A stretch of DNA of 64,000 nucleotides from Octopus vulgaris (taxonomy: Eukaryota). The first letter of the stretch is position 1; every line of letters begins with the position of its first letter. Both the position numbers and the translations under genes were made by a program. The notes beneath the pieces are model-generated. The model was not told the origin of the DNA, made no database searches, and saw only the letters and a list, made by a program, of their open reading frames with translations. Location of the stretch: the NCBI GenBank assembly GCA_951406725.2, contig OX597839.1, forward strand, positions 26,226,001 to 26,290,000, read 5' to 3'. Below are positions 13,166 to 26,327 of this stretch, piece after piece.

Positions 13166-13299
13166 CTGAACAGGCCGAAAAAAAAAAAAAAAAACAAGGT
13201 GGAAGGGTTCGAGGAATGTCTGGAGAAAGTTGGGAGGAATAAAGGAGCGGAGGTGAAGTAGCGATTTCAGTTTTGGAGGTTGGCTGCTTTGGAAAAAGG

Positions 13300-13465
13300 T
13301 AAAAAGAAACACCAGCAGATAAAATGGCGCTCTGGCTCAACAGAGGATGACGTGATGTAGCAGACATATAGTGCTTTGCTGCAGAGCCATGGCCTGGCCT
13401 GCTGCTGCTCCAAAACACAGCCAAGCTCCTCACGCGATTCACACTCGAGCACCACCGACCCTCAA
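13300..13465 (-). promoter_or_regulatory. Candidate promoter-like island
   Basis: YY1 motif AAAATGGCG 13321-13329, CRE-like TGACGTGA 13348-13355, CpG-richer unique DNA just upstream of the donor at 13114. Confidence 0.4.
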
Positions 13466-15003
13466 TTAAATTCAAATTAATGCCGCATTTTATTAAATAT
13501 ACTGATGGTCACCAGTTAATTTTTTTTTTCCTCTTCTTCCAACCGTTAATCTAATAAAAAAGCAGTCTTTATTTTTTTCTTCTCTTTAAATATATATATT
13601 TACGTGTGTAAGATACAAATATTAAAAGAAAAAAAAATGTTTTATAAATAAAGACCAGGTTAACTGTCGGAGAAATCAGTATCGTTAGCTTTAATTAGAA
13701 TTATTACTAATTAAAAATATATATTTATTTATTTATTTATTTAAAAAAAAAGCAGTTGAGTAATTTTTCTTTTTTAAGATTTTCTGTGGTTTAATTAATA
13801 TAATTTCGAGGCAATAAACGTGAAATTTATAGCACAGCAACTTTCCCCATTGCAGAAGAGTATTCTAACAGTAAATGTCTATTTTTATTGATTTTTGTAT
13901 CTATTTCTTTCTTTCTCATAGAAATAACGATTTCCTTTAAGGGAAGACACGGCAATTTATTTCAATATGAATATTGTTCAAGGCTGCAGGAGCAAGCCTC
14001 ATAATATGGGTGTTTTGAATATTGTAAACCTAATAAAATAATTAAAAAAAATTTTTAAACAAACAATTAAAACTTGCAAATCAATGTAAGGGAAGGATTT
14101 GATTTGCAAGTTCAAATCGTGCTGAGCAAGAAATACTTGGCATTTTATATTCGTGGGGTGGCCCCAAATAAAACAGATATTTAAATAGGGGTGAGATATC
14201 TGACAATTAACAACAGCAGTCAACATGTTAAAATTACAATTGTAAAAGTTCGTAAAATTTATTAGCGAAATGGTTGCTTTTAAAACAAAAACCAGATTAT
14301 GTAATTAAAGTTAGTGCTGCAGTTAATTGTCGCATTTGATTATTGTAGGGAGAAGACAAGGTCTGTCCAGAATTCAACTTTGCAGGCTTTCTTCGACTGG
14401 ATGAACAGTGATCGCTGAACAAGGCTTCTTAGATCTGTTATTGTTTCGCGCGCCGGTCGCAGGGAGGGGAGTCCCAGAAAGGGCTGCGATAGAAATGAGA
14501 CATAAGGGGAGTGGAGGAGATCATGGGGACGAAAAGACTGCGAAAAAGGGTCCAATAAGATACGTGCGGTGGAGAACAATATAAAACCGACAAATTATGG
14601 AGAGCGATAACAATTGGGATTGCAGTAGAAGGGACAGATTGAAGGGTTTCTTTGATGACAACTAGGCAAAGTTAATAGAATGTTAAGTAAGTAGGGCTTC
14701 CCTATCAAGAAGGCAGATTTTCTTCGGATACAACCGAAGACACTCGGTACAGCTTGTCGCAGTGGCGTATATTTGAAATTTGTAAAGGGTTGGGAATTTT
14801 ATACGACTTAAAGTAATTACGAGCTGAAGTATCTGGCTGTGTGAGATCTGAATTTATCACAAGAGATTACCTAAAACGAGTAAAACTTGGCATTTGATGG
14901 CAGTGGGCGCGCTTTTACCTGTGTATCGAGATATAAATAGTTGTAGGGCAGGTGCAATGTTGCAGGGTTGTTTCCCCTGGAATGCAATGGCTTTTTGTTG
15001 CGT

Positions 15004-15258
15004 TATATATATATATACATATAGATATATATATATATATATACATATAGATATATATATATATATACATATAGATATATATAGATATATATACATATAG
15101 ATATATATAGATATATATACATATAGATATATATATATACATATAGATATATATATATACATATAGATATATATATATATACATATAGATATATATATAT
15201 ATACATATAGATATATATATATATACATATAGATATATACATATATATATATATACAC

Positions 15259-15295
<37 letters not shown>

Positions 15296-15372
15296 CATAT
15301 AGATATATATATATACATATAGATATATATATATAGATAGATAGATAGATAGATAGATATAGATAGATAGAT
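15004..15372. repeat. (TA)n/(TAGA)n compound microsatellite
   Basis: Direct inspection. Confidence 0.95.
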
Positions 15373-15375
15373 ATT

Positions 15376-15762
15376 AGGCATAGGAATGGCTGTGTGGTAA
15401 GTAGCTTGCTTACGAACCACATGGTTCTGGGTTCAGTCCCACTGCATGGCACCTTAGGCAAGTGTCTTCTACTATAGGCTTGGGTCGGCCAAAGCCTTGT
15501 GAGTGGATTTGGTAGACGGAAACTGAAAGAAGCCTGTCGTATATATGTATATATATATGTGTGTGTGTGTATTTTTTTTGTGTGTGTGTGTGTTTGTCAC
15601 CGATGTTGGTGTGTTTACGTCCCCGTAATTTAGCAATTCGGCAAAAGAGACTGATAGAATAAGTACTAGGCTTACAAAGTATAAGTCCTGGGGTCGATTT
15701 GCTCGACTAAAGGCGGTGCTCCAGCATGGCCACAATCAAATGAGTGAAAAAAGTAAAAGAGT
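15376..15762 (+). mobile_element. SINE family B
   Basis: Head GGCTGTGTGGTAAGTAGC through tail GTAAAAGAG. Confidence 0.88.
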
Positions 15763-16055
15763 ATATATATATATCCTTTAGTCCTGACGATTTGCAGAGT
15801 CCATGAGTGGGAGGGAATGACAAAGGCAGGAAAAAAGGAAAACACTGAAAGTAGCCAAAGGGGCCAGGTGGTGCTGTTAAATCAACTGATAGATTTAAGT
15901 CTAGTTTTCAAGTAGGCCACGACAGGGTTGGAAGTCAGACCACAAAGAACAAGAACCACTATAGCAAGGTATCCTGCTCAACATTCTTACGATTCTGTGA
16001 GCCCACTCTCTTACACAGGTACTGTTATCATTTACCGACTCTGGAAGAATATGTA

Positions 16056-16110
<55 letters not shown>

Positions 16111-16111
16111 G

Positions 16112-16516
16112 AGTGCAAGAGTGGCTGTGTGGTAAGTAGCTTGCTTCCCAACTACATGGTTCCAGGTTCAATCCCACTGCATGGCACCTTGGACAAAGGT
16201 CTTCTACTATAGCCTTGGGCCGACCAATGCCTTGTGAGTGGATTTGGTAGATGGAAACTGGAAGAAGCCCGTTGTGTGTGTGTGTATATATATATGTATT
16301 AGTATGTATGTGTTTGTGTGTTTGTCCCCACCAACATCACTTGACATATATGTTGGTGTGTTTACGTCCCTGTAACTTAGCGATTCGGCAAATGAAACCG
16401 ACAGAATAAGTACTAGGCTTACAAAAAAATAAGTCCTGGGGTCGATTCCTTCGACTAAAGGCGGTGCTCCAGCATGGCTGCAGTCAAATGACTGAAACAA
16501 GTAAAAGAATAAAAGA
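16112..16516 (+). mobile_element. SINE family B
   Basis: Full head, core, microsatellite and tail. Confidence 0.88.
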
Positions 16517-16789
16517 ATATATATACACGTCTTATCATTTAATGGCCCACTTTTCCTCGGTTGCACGAGTCAGATGTAGTTTATTGAAGCAGCTGGATGC
16601 CCTTCCTGTCACCAACCCTTACCCGTTTCCAAGCAAGGTAATATTCCACCCCCACCACGGCCAAACATGTTCTCACAGAATATTGGAAATGAACGACACT
16701 GCTTGTATGACAGTGACACTCATTTACAACTATTACATGATGTCAACACAAGGTGACAAACACATGCACCCTCCATCGCACAACATTTA

Positions 16790-17016
16790 GAGGCCCCCTG
16801 CAACATTTTGTTTCAAGGCCCCATCCCTTCAATCAAAACTCATAATCTACGCACCTTCTATTCATATCTATATTTTACTTTATTCTATCTGAAGTTCAAT
16901 ATTTCACGTTATCCTAAAGAACATCTTTAAAACTACAACAAGTCAAATTTATTTAGGTTTATTAGAAATTTCAATAAGTAAAACTTCCAGATATGAATAA
17001 AAGAACATTTTTATAA
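16790..17016 (-). mobile_element. hAT remnant (subterminal fragment)
   Basis: Near-identical to 20760-20987 and to the reverse complement of ~35645-35867. Confidence 0.75.
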
Positions 17017-17841
17017 AGTGATGGTTTGTTGCCAACTTAATGTGGCAGTCCCATGAAAGGTAAGAATGCTACTGTCATTTAGCCACAGGAAACATCGTTT
17101 CCAGTTGGCTATGTGACACAAGCATTCTGTGTCCTTAAGTTTTCAAACAGGGGAGATAAGCACCTCCACCCAGCAAAGCCAGCACCCAGTACAAGTCTCT
17201 TTGAGAGATTTAGAAATGCAATATTCCTGATATTTTCAAAGTTTCCTTGGAAGTAGCTAAGATTGTACGAATGATCCTTTGTGGCAGGAAATAAGGCATC
17301 TTCCTCAGAGAATTGTGTGGGGTTAATGCTGAGAGCAGGATTATAAATATGAAGGACGAAGAGTGAAAACAGGCCCTGATGCTCAACTATCAAAGAAAAA
17401 AACACTTCAAATGAAAGGACAGTTTTTAAAGCCCTCACTAATGAAAAAAACTAATTCTTCATGCTGAACAGAAAAAAAATGTTTTTAAATTTAATGGTCG
17501 CATGTTTCACAGCGACCTTTAGACGATCTTACACTGGTTGTCTCACCTAAAAAGGGATATTTCCATGGGTAAATTCTTCAATCTTGGAGCCAGGGCAATG
17601 CTAGAATGTGTTGCTTTGTCTCAGTGGATTTCTGTCAGCAGAACAATGGCCTCAAAGATTGGTTGAATAGTTGGGTAAGAGAACTGAAAGGAGAAATGGT
17701 CACTAGAGGTGAGGGTTTGGAATTTGGATTTCATAAAAAGAGGGGGAGAAGAAGAAAAAAATTGGCTGTTCTCACTATGGTATTTAAGACAGAGAGAGGA
17801 AACAGAGGTTGATGGCTTTGAACTTTGATTTTTAAAAAAAA

Positions 17842-18450
17842 CTAGCAGTATCGCCCGGCGTTGCTCGGGTTTGTTTCGACCCTTTAGAATTGGAATTTTT
17901 GGAAAGTAAAAATTTTGCATTATGTAGCTTGTTATTCTCTTTAACCCTTTAGTGTTTAACCCGGCCATATCTGGCCCAGATATTCCACATATTTTATATT
18001 CAAACTGGCCAGATCCAACCTCTCACACCTAACCTACACTGACATTCTTAAAATAAACAATCACGTCACTGAAACCTCAAAGCTATAAGATAATGCATGA
18101 TTAATTCAAAACAATTTGAGTGAAAAAATATTACATTTAACAGAGTAATCTGAACACTAAAGAGTTAAGTGAACATTTTTCTGGTTGAAATACACCAAAA
18201 AATGGCGACACAGCATTTTAAAAAATACGGATTTTCATAGAAAAAAAGCACCTTTTTGATGTAAATAATTTTTGGTGTTAACATGGTCCAATTTGAATTT
18301 TTTCTACTACAGAAGGAAGAGCAAGCCTTCTTCTATCAGACTCTCAATTTTGGTCAACTTGTGCCGCAGGGTCTCGGAGGAGATAGTGTTAGTTGAAGGC
18401 TACCAAACCTGCCATACACAGACAACTTCAGCTTTATATATAAAGAGAGA
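17842..18450 (-). mobile_element. Non-autonomous Helitron, second family
   Basis: 5' TC, 3' CCCGAGCAACGCCGGG hairpin plus CTAG, A/T target; homologous to 40124-40450. Confidence 0.88.
17945..18164. mobile_element. piggyBac-type MITE nested in the Helitron
   Basis: TTAA at 17941-17944 and 18165-18168; TIR CCCTTTAGTGTT / AACACTAAAGAG; paralogous empty site has one TTAA at 40348. Confidence 0.88.
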
Positions 18451-18897
18451 TTAATTAGCCATACCATTATAATGTCCAATTTTCCACATGGAAAAGATGG
18501 AATTTGTTGAGGTAGATTTTCTACAGCCGAATGCCCTTCCTGTTGCCAACCTTCACCTGTTTCCAATGGCCAGACATGTTTTTACGGAAGATTGGAAAAG
18601 AAGGAGACCACTGCATGCTGGTAATACTTGTTTACCGTTACCACGATGTCAAGGGAAGGAGTCATTTACACACACGCACACACATTTTGAATGTACCTCT
18701 ACTGATTTTCTATAGAATTTAGAGCCAGCACTGAAAGTTATGACATTTCATAAATGAACATGTCTATGTAAACAATGCAATCAAAAATAGAATAGGTAAC
18801 AGGTGTATATGCATATTTCAGGAATCATTGTCCCTTCTTCAGTTTCACATCCAACTTATTATTAGCTATCAATGAATATGCTGCTTAAATAGGCACT

Positions 18898-19052
18898 AAT
18901 GGGCTTCTTTCAGTCTCTGTTTACTAAATCCCCTCACAAGGCTTTTGTTGGCACACTGCTATGACAGAAGACACTTGCCCAAGGTGCCATGCAGTGGGAA
19001 TGAACACAGAACCATATGGTTGGGAGAAAAACTTCTTGCCACACAGCCACAC
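18898..19052 (-). mobile_element. SINE family B 5' half
   Basis: Homology to other copies. Confidence 0.75.
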
Positions 19053-19843
19053 CAGGGCCTCACAACCACACCTACACCTACAGGATTGAAAAAAAAAATA
19101 TAAATAAAGAAGAAATCAGGTGTGATGATGGTCAGTAGTAGATAGAGTAGAAGTGGCTGTCTGCCAGTAGAGAGGAAAAGAGTAAGGAATGCATGGTGCT
19201 GATTAGAAAGGAAGAAAAGATAAAGGTGGTATCGTCTTTCTTGCAGTCAAAAGCTTCTCTTTTGTGTCAGCTATGACCAAGGAACAACATATGAATAGAG
19301 AAAAGTGGTGACGTTTAGTAGAGATGACCCAGAAGTTGTTCCTCTTTGATTACTATCGCAAACAGCAGTGGCTTTCTTCAACTGAATACACATCACTGAT
19401 TGGTTAAAAATTACCCAAATACGACAACTTTAACATGAAATAACTTCTAAAATACGAAATTTTGTCAAAAATGTTGAAAGTAAACTGTGTTCAGCATGAG
19501 AAATTACACCAGTATACAAAAGTTTCCAACTGTTTAGTTAAAAAAAATAATAATTAAAAAAATCTGAGCGAAACTGAACAGATCCGATTAATGAAATCTG
19601 AAATCTGCGTTGATATGACTCCATCTTGCTTGGTGTAGGGAGGGAGCTTGTCTCCCTTGTCAGTCATTAGAAAAGTGTTCCCATGTGGCTAGGGGTTGTT
19701 TTGTCTCTTATTTCTAGCAATGCTGCTGCTCACTAGCACCCTCCGTCACTTTAGGGACGACTATACCTGTTGCCTTTCAGTTGTAAATTGTAAATAGCCC
19801 CCTTAATAATGAATACACATATATGTATATATGTGTATGTATG

Positions 19844-19876
<33 letters not shown>

Positions 19877-19879
19877 GCC

Positions 19880-20272
19880 AACCCCCCCTTTGCTTGCGAA
19901 GACATGTTGGGGCAAGCGAAATCGAAATCGAATAGAACCAGCCAGGATCCCTGGTCTGGTGGTACGTAAAAAGCACTATCCGACTCGTGGCCGATGCCAG
20001 CGCCGCCTCGACTGGCTTCCGTGCCGGTGGCACATAAAATACACCAATCCGACCGTGGCCGTTGCCAGCCTCGCCTGGCACCTGTGCAGGTGGCACGTAA
20101 AAAGCACCCACTACACTGACGGAGTGGTTGGCGTTAGGAAGGGCATCCAGCTGTAGAAACATTGCCAGATAAGACTGGAGCCTGGTGCAGCCTTCTGGCT
20201 TCCCAGATCCCTGGTCGAACCGTCCAACCCATGCTAGCATGGAGAACGGACGTTAAACGATGATGATGATGA
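19880..20272 (+). mobile_element. RTE-related non-autonomous element D with ~66-bp VNTR
   Basis: GGCGTTAGGAAGGGCATCCAGCTGTAGAAAC block, GGACGTTAAACG(ATG)n tail, internal GGCACGTAAAAAGCACC repeats. Confidence 0.82.
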
Positions 20273-20294
20273 TATGTATATATATGTATGTATG

Positions 20295-20368
<74 letters not shown>

Positions 20369-20744
20369 ATGAAAAACAGATTTGTTTTACAGGATTTAAG
20401 AGTATGATAATAGAGCCAGGATAATAAAGATATTACACAATTTTGTACAAAATAAGGTTTTGTTCTTTCAATGTTGCAAGCTTCTTAGCACACAACCACG
20501 CCTGCACCTGTTCATGTAGTGTCTCAGGCTTCCTCACCACCACCACCACCACCACCACCCTTTTGAACATTCACCTTTGCTATTCATGCATGGACAGTCA
20601 AGATCAAACCAGTTTAGTTAGAACATGTACCCACCGTGCTTCAACTAAATAAATTACCTTGTCTAAATTGTCATGTGTTACATAGACTAATATTTCATAG
20701 TTGAAAGGCAGCAAGCTGGCAGAATCGTTAGCAGAACAAGCTCC

Positions 20745-21656
20745 CTCATGTGACTTTCAGAGGCCCCCCTGCAACTTTTTGCTTCAAGGCCCCATCCCTT
20801 CAATCAAAACTCATAATCTACGCACCTTCTATTCATATCTATATTTTACTTTATTCTATCTGAAGTTCAATATTTCACGTTATCCTAAAGAACATCTTTA
20901 AAACTACAACAAGTCAAATTTATTTAGGTTTATTACAAATTTCAATAAGTAAAACTTCCAGACATCAATAAAAGAGCATTTTTATAATCCAGCCAACTTT
21001 CAAAGACAAACACGGTGCACTTTTCACTTTGTGATATCATTGATCAGTTCAGAATAATCAAAAGCTGAGAGCAAAGTTTCTGTTCAATAGATGTCGTAGA
21101 CAACCCACAAAGTCTGGTACACGTTCGTGGTACAATGTAATATTTTTACAAGAACTTTTGCAGGTACAACGTATTACCATTTCATTTCTTGAAATTTTCA
21201 GTTAACACCTGTCGAACCAAGTGAGATTGTAGTCGTGACTAATGCCAGTGCCGCCTGACTGGCACCTGCGCCAGTGGCATGCAAAAAGCACCATTCAAGT
21301 GTGGCCAATGCCAGTGCCGCCTGACTGGCTCCTGCACTGGTGGCATGTAAAATGTACCTACTACACTCTTGGAGTGGTTGGTGTGAGGAAGGGCATCCAG
21401 CTGTAGAAGCTCTTCCAGATCAGATTGGAGCCTGGTGCAGCCTCCAGGCTTGCAAGTCCTCGGTCAAACCGTCCAACCCATGCCAGCATGGAAAGTGGAC
21501 ATTAAATGATGATAATAGATAATTTAATTCTTGCTCAGCATCTTAACCAAAGTAAATAGATGACTCATCTACGTACTTTGATCTTAACATGGGGCCCCTC
21601 AACTGTGGAAGCCCCCCAGCAAACACAGGGGTTGCAGGTGCTTAGCGATGGCCCTG
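20745..21656 (-). mobile_element. Non-autonomous hAT element, inside a SINE C head and interrupted by element D (21205-21515)
   Basis: CAGGGCC terminus at 21656; homologous to 35278-35881. Confidence 0.75.
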
Positions 21657-22095
21657 AACAGACCGCACACAATTCTCAGTGACATTTTGTCTGTCTTTAC
21701 ATTACATTCTGAGCTCAAATTCCACTGACTTTGACTTTACCATTTATCCCTTCGAGAGTAGATAAAATAAGAAATAAGCACTAACTAAGGCCTGGGGTCA
21801 ATGTAATCGAATTGGCCCCTCACCTGGAATTGCTGGCCTTGTGCCAATACTTGAACCCAATGTAATTATTAAGGTAGAGAGCTGGCAGAATCGTTGGCAC
21901 GCTGGGCAAAATGCTTAGTAGTATTTCATCTGTCTTCACGTTCTGAGTTCAAATTCCACTGAGGTCGGCTTTGACTTTTATCCCTTTCTGGATTGATAGA
22001 ATAAGAACCAGTCAAGCACTGGGGCTGATTTCATTGACTTGGCCCCTCTCCCGACACCAATCTTGCTGGCCTTGTGCCAAAATTCGAAACCAATA
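21657..22095 (+). mobile_element. Two older SINE family C copies
   Basis: B-box and core present in each. Confidence 0.75.
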
Positions 22096-22138
22096 TTTCA
22101 TAGTTCTTTGGTGAACTCAAGCTGAAGTTGAAGAAAGA

Positions 22139-22301
22139 GGCGTAGGAGTGGCTGTGTGGTAAGTAGCTTGCTAACCAACCACATGGTTCCAGGTTCAGTC
22201 CCACTGCGTGGCATCTTGGGCAAGTGTCTTCTGCTATAGCCCCGGGCCGACCAATGCCTTGTGAGTGGATTTGGTAGATGGAAACTGAAAGAAGCCTGTC
22301 G

Positions 22302-22334
<33 letters not shown>

Positions 22335-22536
22335 TTGTGTGTCTGTGTTTGTCCCCCTAGCATTGCTTGACAACCAATGCTGGTGTGTTTACGTCCCCGT
22401 TACTTAGCGGTTCGGCAAAAAGAGACCGATGAATAAGTACTGGGCTTACAAAGAATAAGTCCCAGGGTCGATTTGCTCGACTAAAGGCGGTGCTCCAGCA
22501 TGGCCGCAGTCAAATGACTGAAAAGAGTAAAAGAGT
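22139..22536 (+). mobile_element. SINE family B
   Basis: Full-length match. Confidence 0.9.
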
Positions 22537-22566
22537 ATATATATCAAAGAGTGACAAAATAAACAT

Positions 22567-22760
22567 GGCAGCAGCTGCAGTTGTAGTGGTGGTGATTGTA
22601 GTAGTAGTAGTAGTAGCAGCAGTGGCGGTGGCAGAAGTGGTGGTAGCTGCAACAGCAACAGTGGTAGTAGTAGCAGCAGTAGCGGTGGTGATAGTAGTAG
22701 CAGTAGTAATAGTGGTGGTGGTGGTAGTAGCAGCAGCAGTAGTAGTGGTGGTGGTGGTGA

Positions 22761-22795
<35 letters not shown>

Positions 22796-22883
22796 ATGGT
22801 AATAGCAGCGGTAGAAGTAGTAGTGGTGGTGGTGATAGTAGTAGTGGTGTTGGTAATAGCAGTAGCAGCAGTAGTAGTGGTGA

Positions 22884-22920
<37 letters not shown>

Positions 22921-22930
22921 GATAGTAGTG

Positions 22931-22973
<43 letters not shown>

Positions 22974-22981
22974 AAGTGGTA

Positions 22982-23012
<31 letters not shown>

Positions 23013-23020
23013 AAGTGGTA

Positions 23021-23053
<33 letters not shown>

Positions 23054-23062
23054 GAAGTGGTA

Positions 23063-23093
<31 letters not shown>

Positions 23094-23101
23094 AAGTGGT
23101 A

Positions 23102-23134
<33 letters not shown>

Positions 23135-23600
23135 GAAGTGGTAGTGGTGGTAGTAGTAGTAGTAGAAGTGGTGGTGATGGTAGTGGTGGTGGTGGTAGTG
23201 GTGATAGTAGTAGTAGTAGAAGTGGTGGTGGTAGTGGTGATGGTAGTAGTAGTAGTAGTAGTAGTAGAAGTGGTGGTGGTGGTGGTGATGGTAGTAGTAG
23301 TAGTAGTGGTGGTGGTGGTGGTAGTGGTGATGGTAGTAGTAGTAGTAGTAGTGGTGGTGGTGGTGGTAGTGGTGATGGTAGTAGTAGTAGTAGTAGAAGT
23401 GGTGGTGGTGGTGGTAGTGGTGATGGTAGTAGTAGTAGTAGTAGAAGTGGTGGTGGTGGTGGTAGTGATGATAGTAGTAGTAGTAGTAGAAGTGGTGGTG
23501 GTGATGGTAGTAGTAGTAGTAGTAGAAGTGGTGGTGGTGGTGGTAGTGGTGATGGTAGTAGTAGTAATAGTAGTAGTAGTAGTAGTAATAGTAGTAGTCG
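22567..23600. repeat. ~1-kb (GTA)n/(GTG)n trinucleotide array
   Basis: Direct inspection; source of poly-V, poly-L/P and poly-Y/H ORFs. Confidence 0.97.
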
Positions 23601-24049
23601 TCCCAAGCGTTCATTGAAAAGAACAGTGTTGTTGCGTAAGAGGGGTTGTGTGTGAGTTGAAGAATCGGTTGATGGCATCTCACAGTTCCTCCTTGAAGTC
23701 CCTCACCGAAGGGTGTCAACTACAGACTTCACTCTCAGCAGGGAAACAAGTGTTTTAAGAATGAAGAAATCACAAATCACGGCAGGGAAATGTCTCGGTG
23801 CCAGCCAAAGCAGTCTTTTGGCCTAGTTTGCATAGGGGTTATTAGAACAGTACTTTTGACCCCAACAAACATTTAACAAAATATAAAAAAAAATGGGAAA
23901 AACAAAAAAAAACCTACCCCACCCTTTTTGCCCCACTTAATATTAAAACAGCAATTTTTCTCTGGCAACTGGTTATTCGGTGATTCTCCCATCACTGTTT
24001 TTGGTAAATAGGGTGAAATTTATGCTTCGCTGATACCCAAGGTCATAAT

Positions 24050-24900
24050 ATTCTTTTCTACTCTAGGCACAAGGCCTGAAATTTTGGGGGAGGGGGCCAG
24101 TCGATTAGATCAACCCCAGTACACAACTGGTACTTGAAAGGATGAAAGGCGAAGTCGACCTCAGCAGAATTTGAACTCAGAACATAAAGACAGATGAAAT
24201 ACCTATTTCTTTACTACCCACAAGGGGCTAAACACAGAGGGGACAAACAGGGACAGACAAACGGATTAAGTCGATTATATCGACCCCAGTGCATAACTGG
24301 TACTTAATTTATCGACCCCGAAAGGATGAAAGGCAAAGTCAACTTTGGCGGAATTTGAACTCAGAACGTAACGGCAGACGAAATACGGCTACGCATTTTG
24401 CCTGGCATGCTAACGTTTCTGCCAGCTCGCTACCTTTCCAAGGTCATAATATTGAAAGCTCTCTTCAGCTGATTCCAAATTAATTACCAAAATAATTACA
24501 ATGATGGTTTTAAATTTTGGTACAAGGCTATAAATTTTAGGGTCAGATGATTAATTGATCACATTGACCCCTAGTGTTCACCTGGCACTTATTTTATCAA
24601 CCCTGAAAAGATGAAAAGCAAAGTTGGCTTTGCCAGGATTTGAACACAGAACATAAGCGCTTGAAAGAAATGCTGTTTAGTGTTAAGCATTTTAACTGTG
24701 GCATTAACGCTTCTGCTAGCTTGCTGTCCTAATAACAGTTTCATATTTTGCCACAAGGCCAGCAATTTCAGGAGAGGGTTAAGTTGACTACATCAACCCC
24801 AGTACGCAACTGGTACTTAATTTATTGACTCCGAAAGGAAGAAGGGCAAAGTTGACCTCAGCGGAATTTGAACTCAGAACATGAAGACAGACAAAAAACT
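24050..24900 (-). mobile_element. SINE family C dimer (24050-24435) followed by two older copies
   Basis: TSD CCAAGGTCATAATATT around the dimer; junction at 24203. Confidence 0.85.
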
Positions 24901-25179
24901 GCTTCATTAAGGTGCAGAACCTTAGAATATCTTCACAGAATCCTGTGAGTTCTTGGAACCTAGATTAGGAAACACTGAGGAATTGGTAAATAAATAAATA
25001 AATAGATAAATAAATAAATAAATAAATAAATAAAGGGCATCTTGGGTTGTGTTCTTGCTCTTTGAATAATTAATTTCATTTGTAACGGTTCTCTTCCCTT
25101 GGTTGCCTCACAGATCTCGTTATATTTTGAGATTAGTCTAAATAGTCAGAAATTATTGGATTCTTTTGTTCTGTTGTTC

Positions 25180-25400
25180 TTTTACTAGTTTCAGTCATTT
25201 AACTGCGGCCATGCTGGAGCACCGCTTTTTAGTCAAAGAACAGTGTTGTTGTGTACTTATTCTTTATAAGCCCAGTACTTATTCTATCAGATTCTTTTGG
25301 CGAACCACTAAGCTACAGAGGACATAAACACACCAACATCAGTTTTCAAGCGATGGTGGTGGTAGTGGGAACAAACACAGACACAGAGACACATACATGA

Positions 25401-25440
<40 letters not shown>

Positions 25441-25600
25441 TGGGCTTCTTTCAGTTTCCGACTACCAAATCCACTGACAAGGCTTTGGTTGGCCCGATGC
25501 TATAGTAAAAGACACTTGCCCAAGGTGCCATGCAGTGGGACTGAACCCAGAACCATGTGGTTGGTAAGCAAGCTTCTTACCACACAGCCACGCCTGCACC
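25180..25600 (-). mobile_element. SINE family B
   Basis: Homology to other copies. Confidence 0.85.
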
Positions 25601-25834
25601 TATGGGATGTTGGGAAAAGAGAATTAAAATTTAATTGGTTGTGTTGCAAGCAGTTTGTTTCTCAACTACATGGTTCTGAGTCCAGTCCCACTGCAGGCTA
25701 TCATGAGCAAATGCCTTCTACTATAGCCCCGGACTGACCAAATCCTTGTGAATGGATTTAATGGATGGAAACTGAAAGAAGCCCATTACACACACACACA
25801 CACACACACCTATGTGTGTGTGTATATATATGTA

Positions 25835-26133
25835 GAGGCGCAATGGCCCAGTGGTTAGGGCAGCGGACCCGCGGTCGCAGGTTCGCGGTTTCGATTCCCA
25901 GACCGGGTGTTGTGAGTGTTTATTGAGCAAAAACACCTAAAAAGCTCCACGAGGCTCCGGCAGGGGGTGGTGATCCCTGCTGTACTCTTTCACCACTCTT
26001 TCTCCCACTCTTTCTTCTGTTGGCCTGCTCACTTAGCCAGTGGGGTGGCATCATTCGAAGGCTAAAACAATGCGAATGCATTGTGACCAGCGATGTGTAA
26101 CAACATCTGATGGTCTGGTCGGTCACGTGATCA
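25835..26133 (+). mobile_element. SINE family A head and core with alternative tail
   Basis: Head and core as 3309-3691; tail ends GATGGTCTGGTCGGTCACGTGATCA. Confidence 0.85.
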
Positions 26134-26327
26134 TATATATATATATATATACTAATTTATAATTATATAATATAATTATATTGAAGGGTACAGATATACC
26201 CTGCCAACACACTAGAAATAGACACCAAATGGGTCTAAAAACCTTATCTACACTCCGTTAGCCACTTCAAAAAATCTTGAAAGTGGTTTTATCCTTGATT
26301 TTGTAAATAAATAAATAAATATATATA

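Noticed and set aside
14938-14960. miR-92-type seed CATTGCAC on the minus strand
   Set aside because: No complementary arm to form a precursor
22446-23719. 375-410 aa poly-V, poly-L/P and poly-Y/H ORFs
   Set aside because: Products of a (GTA/GTG)n array starting in a SINE tail
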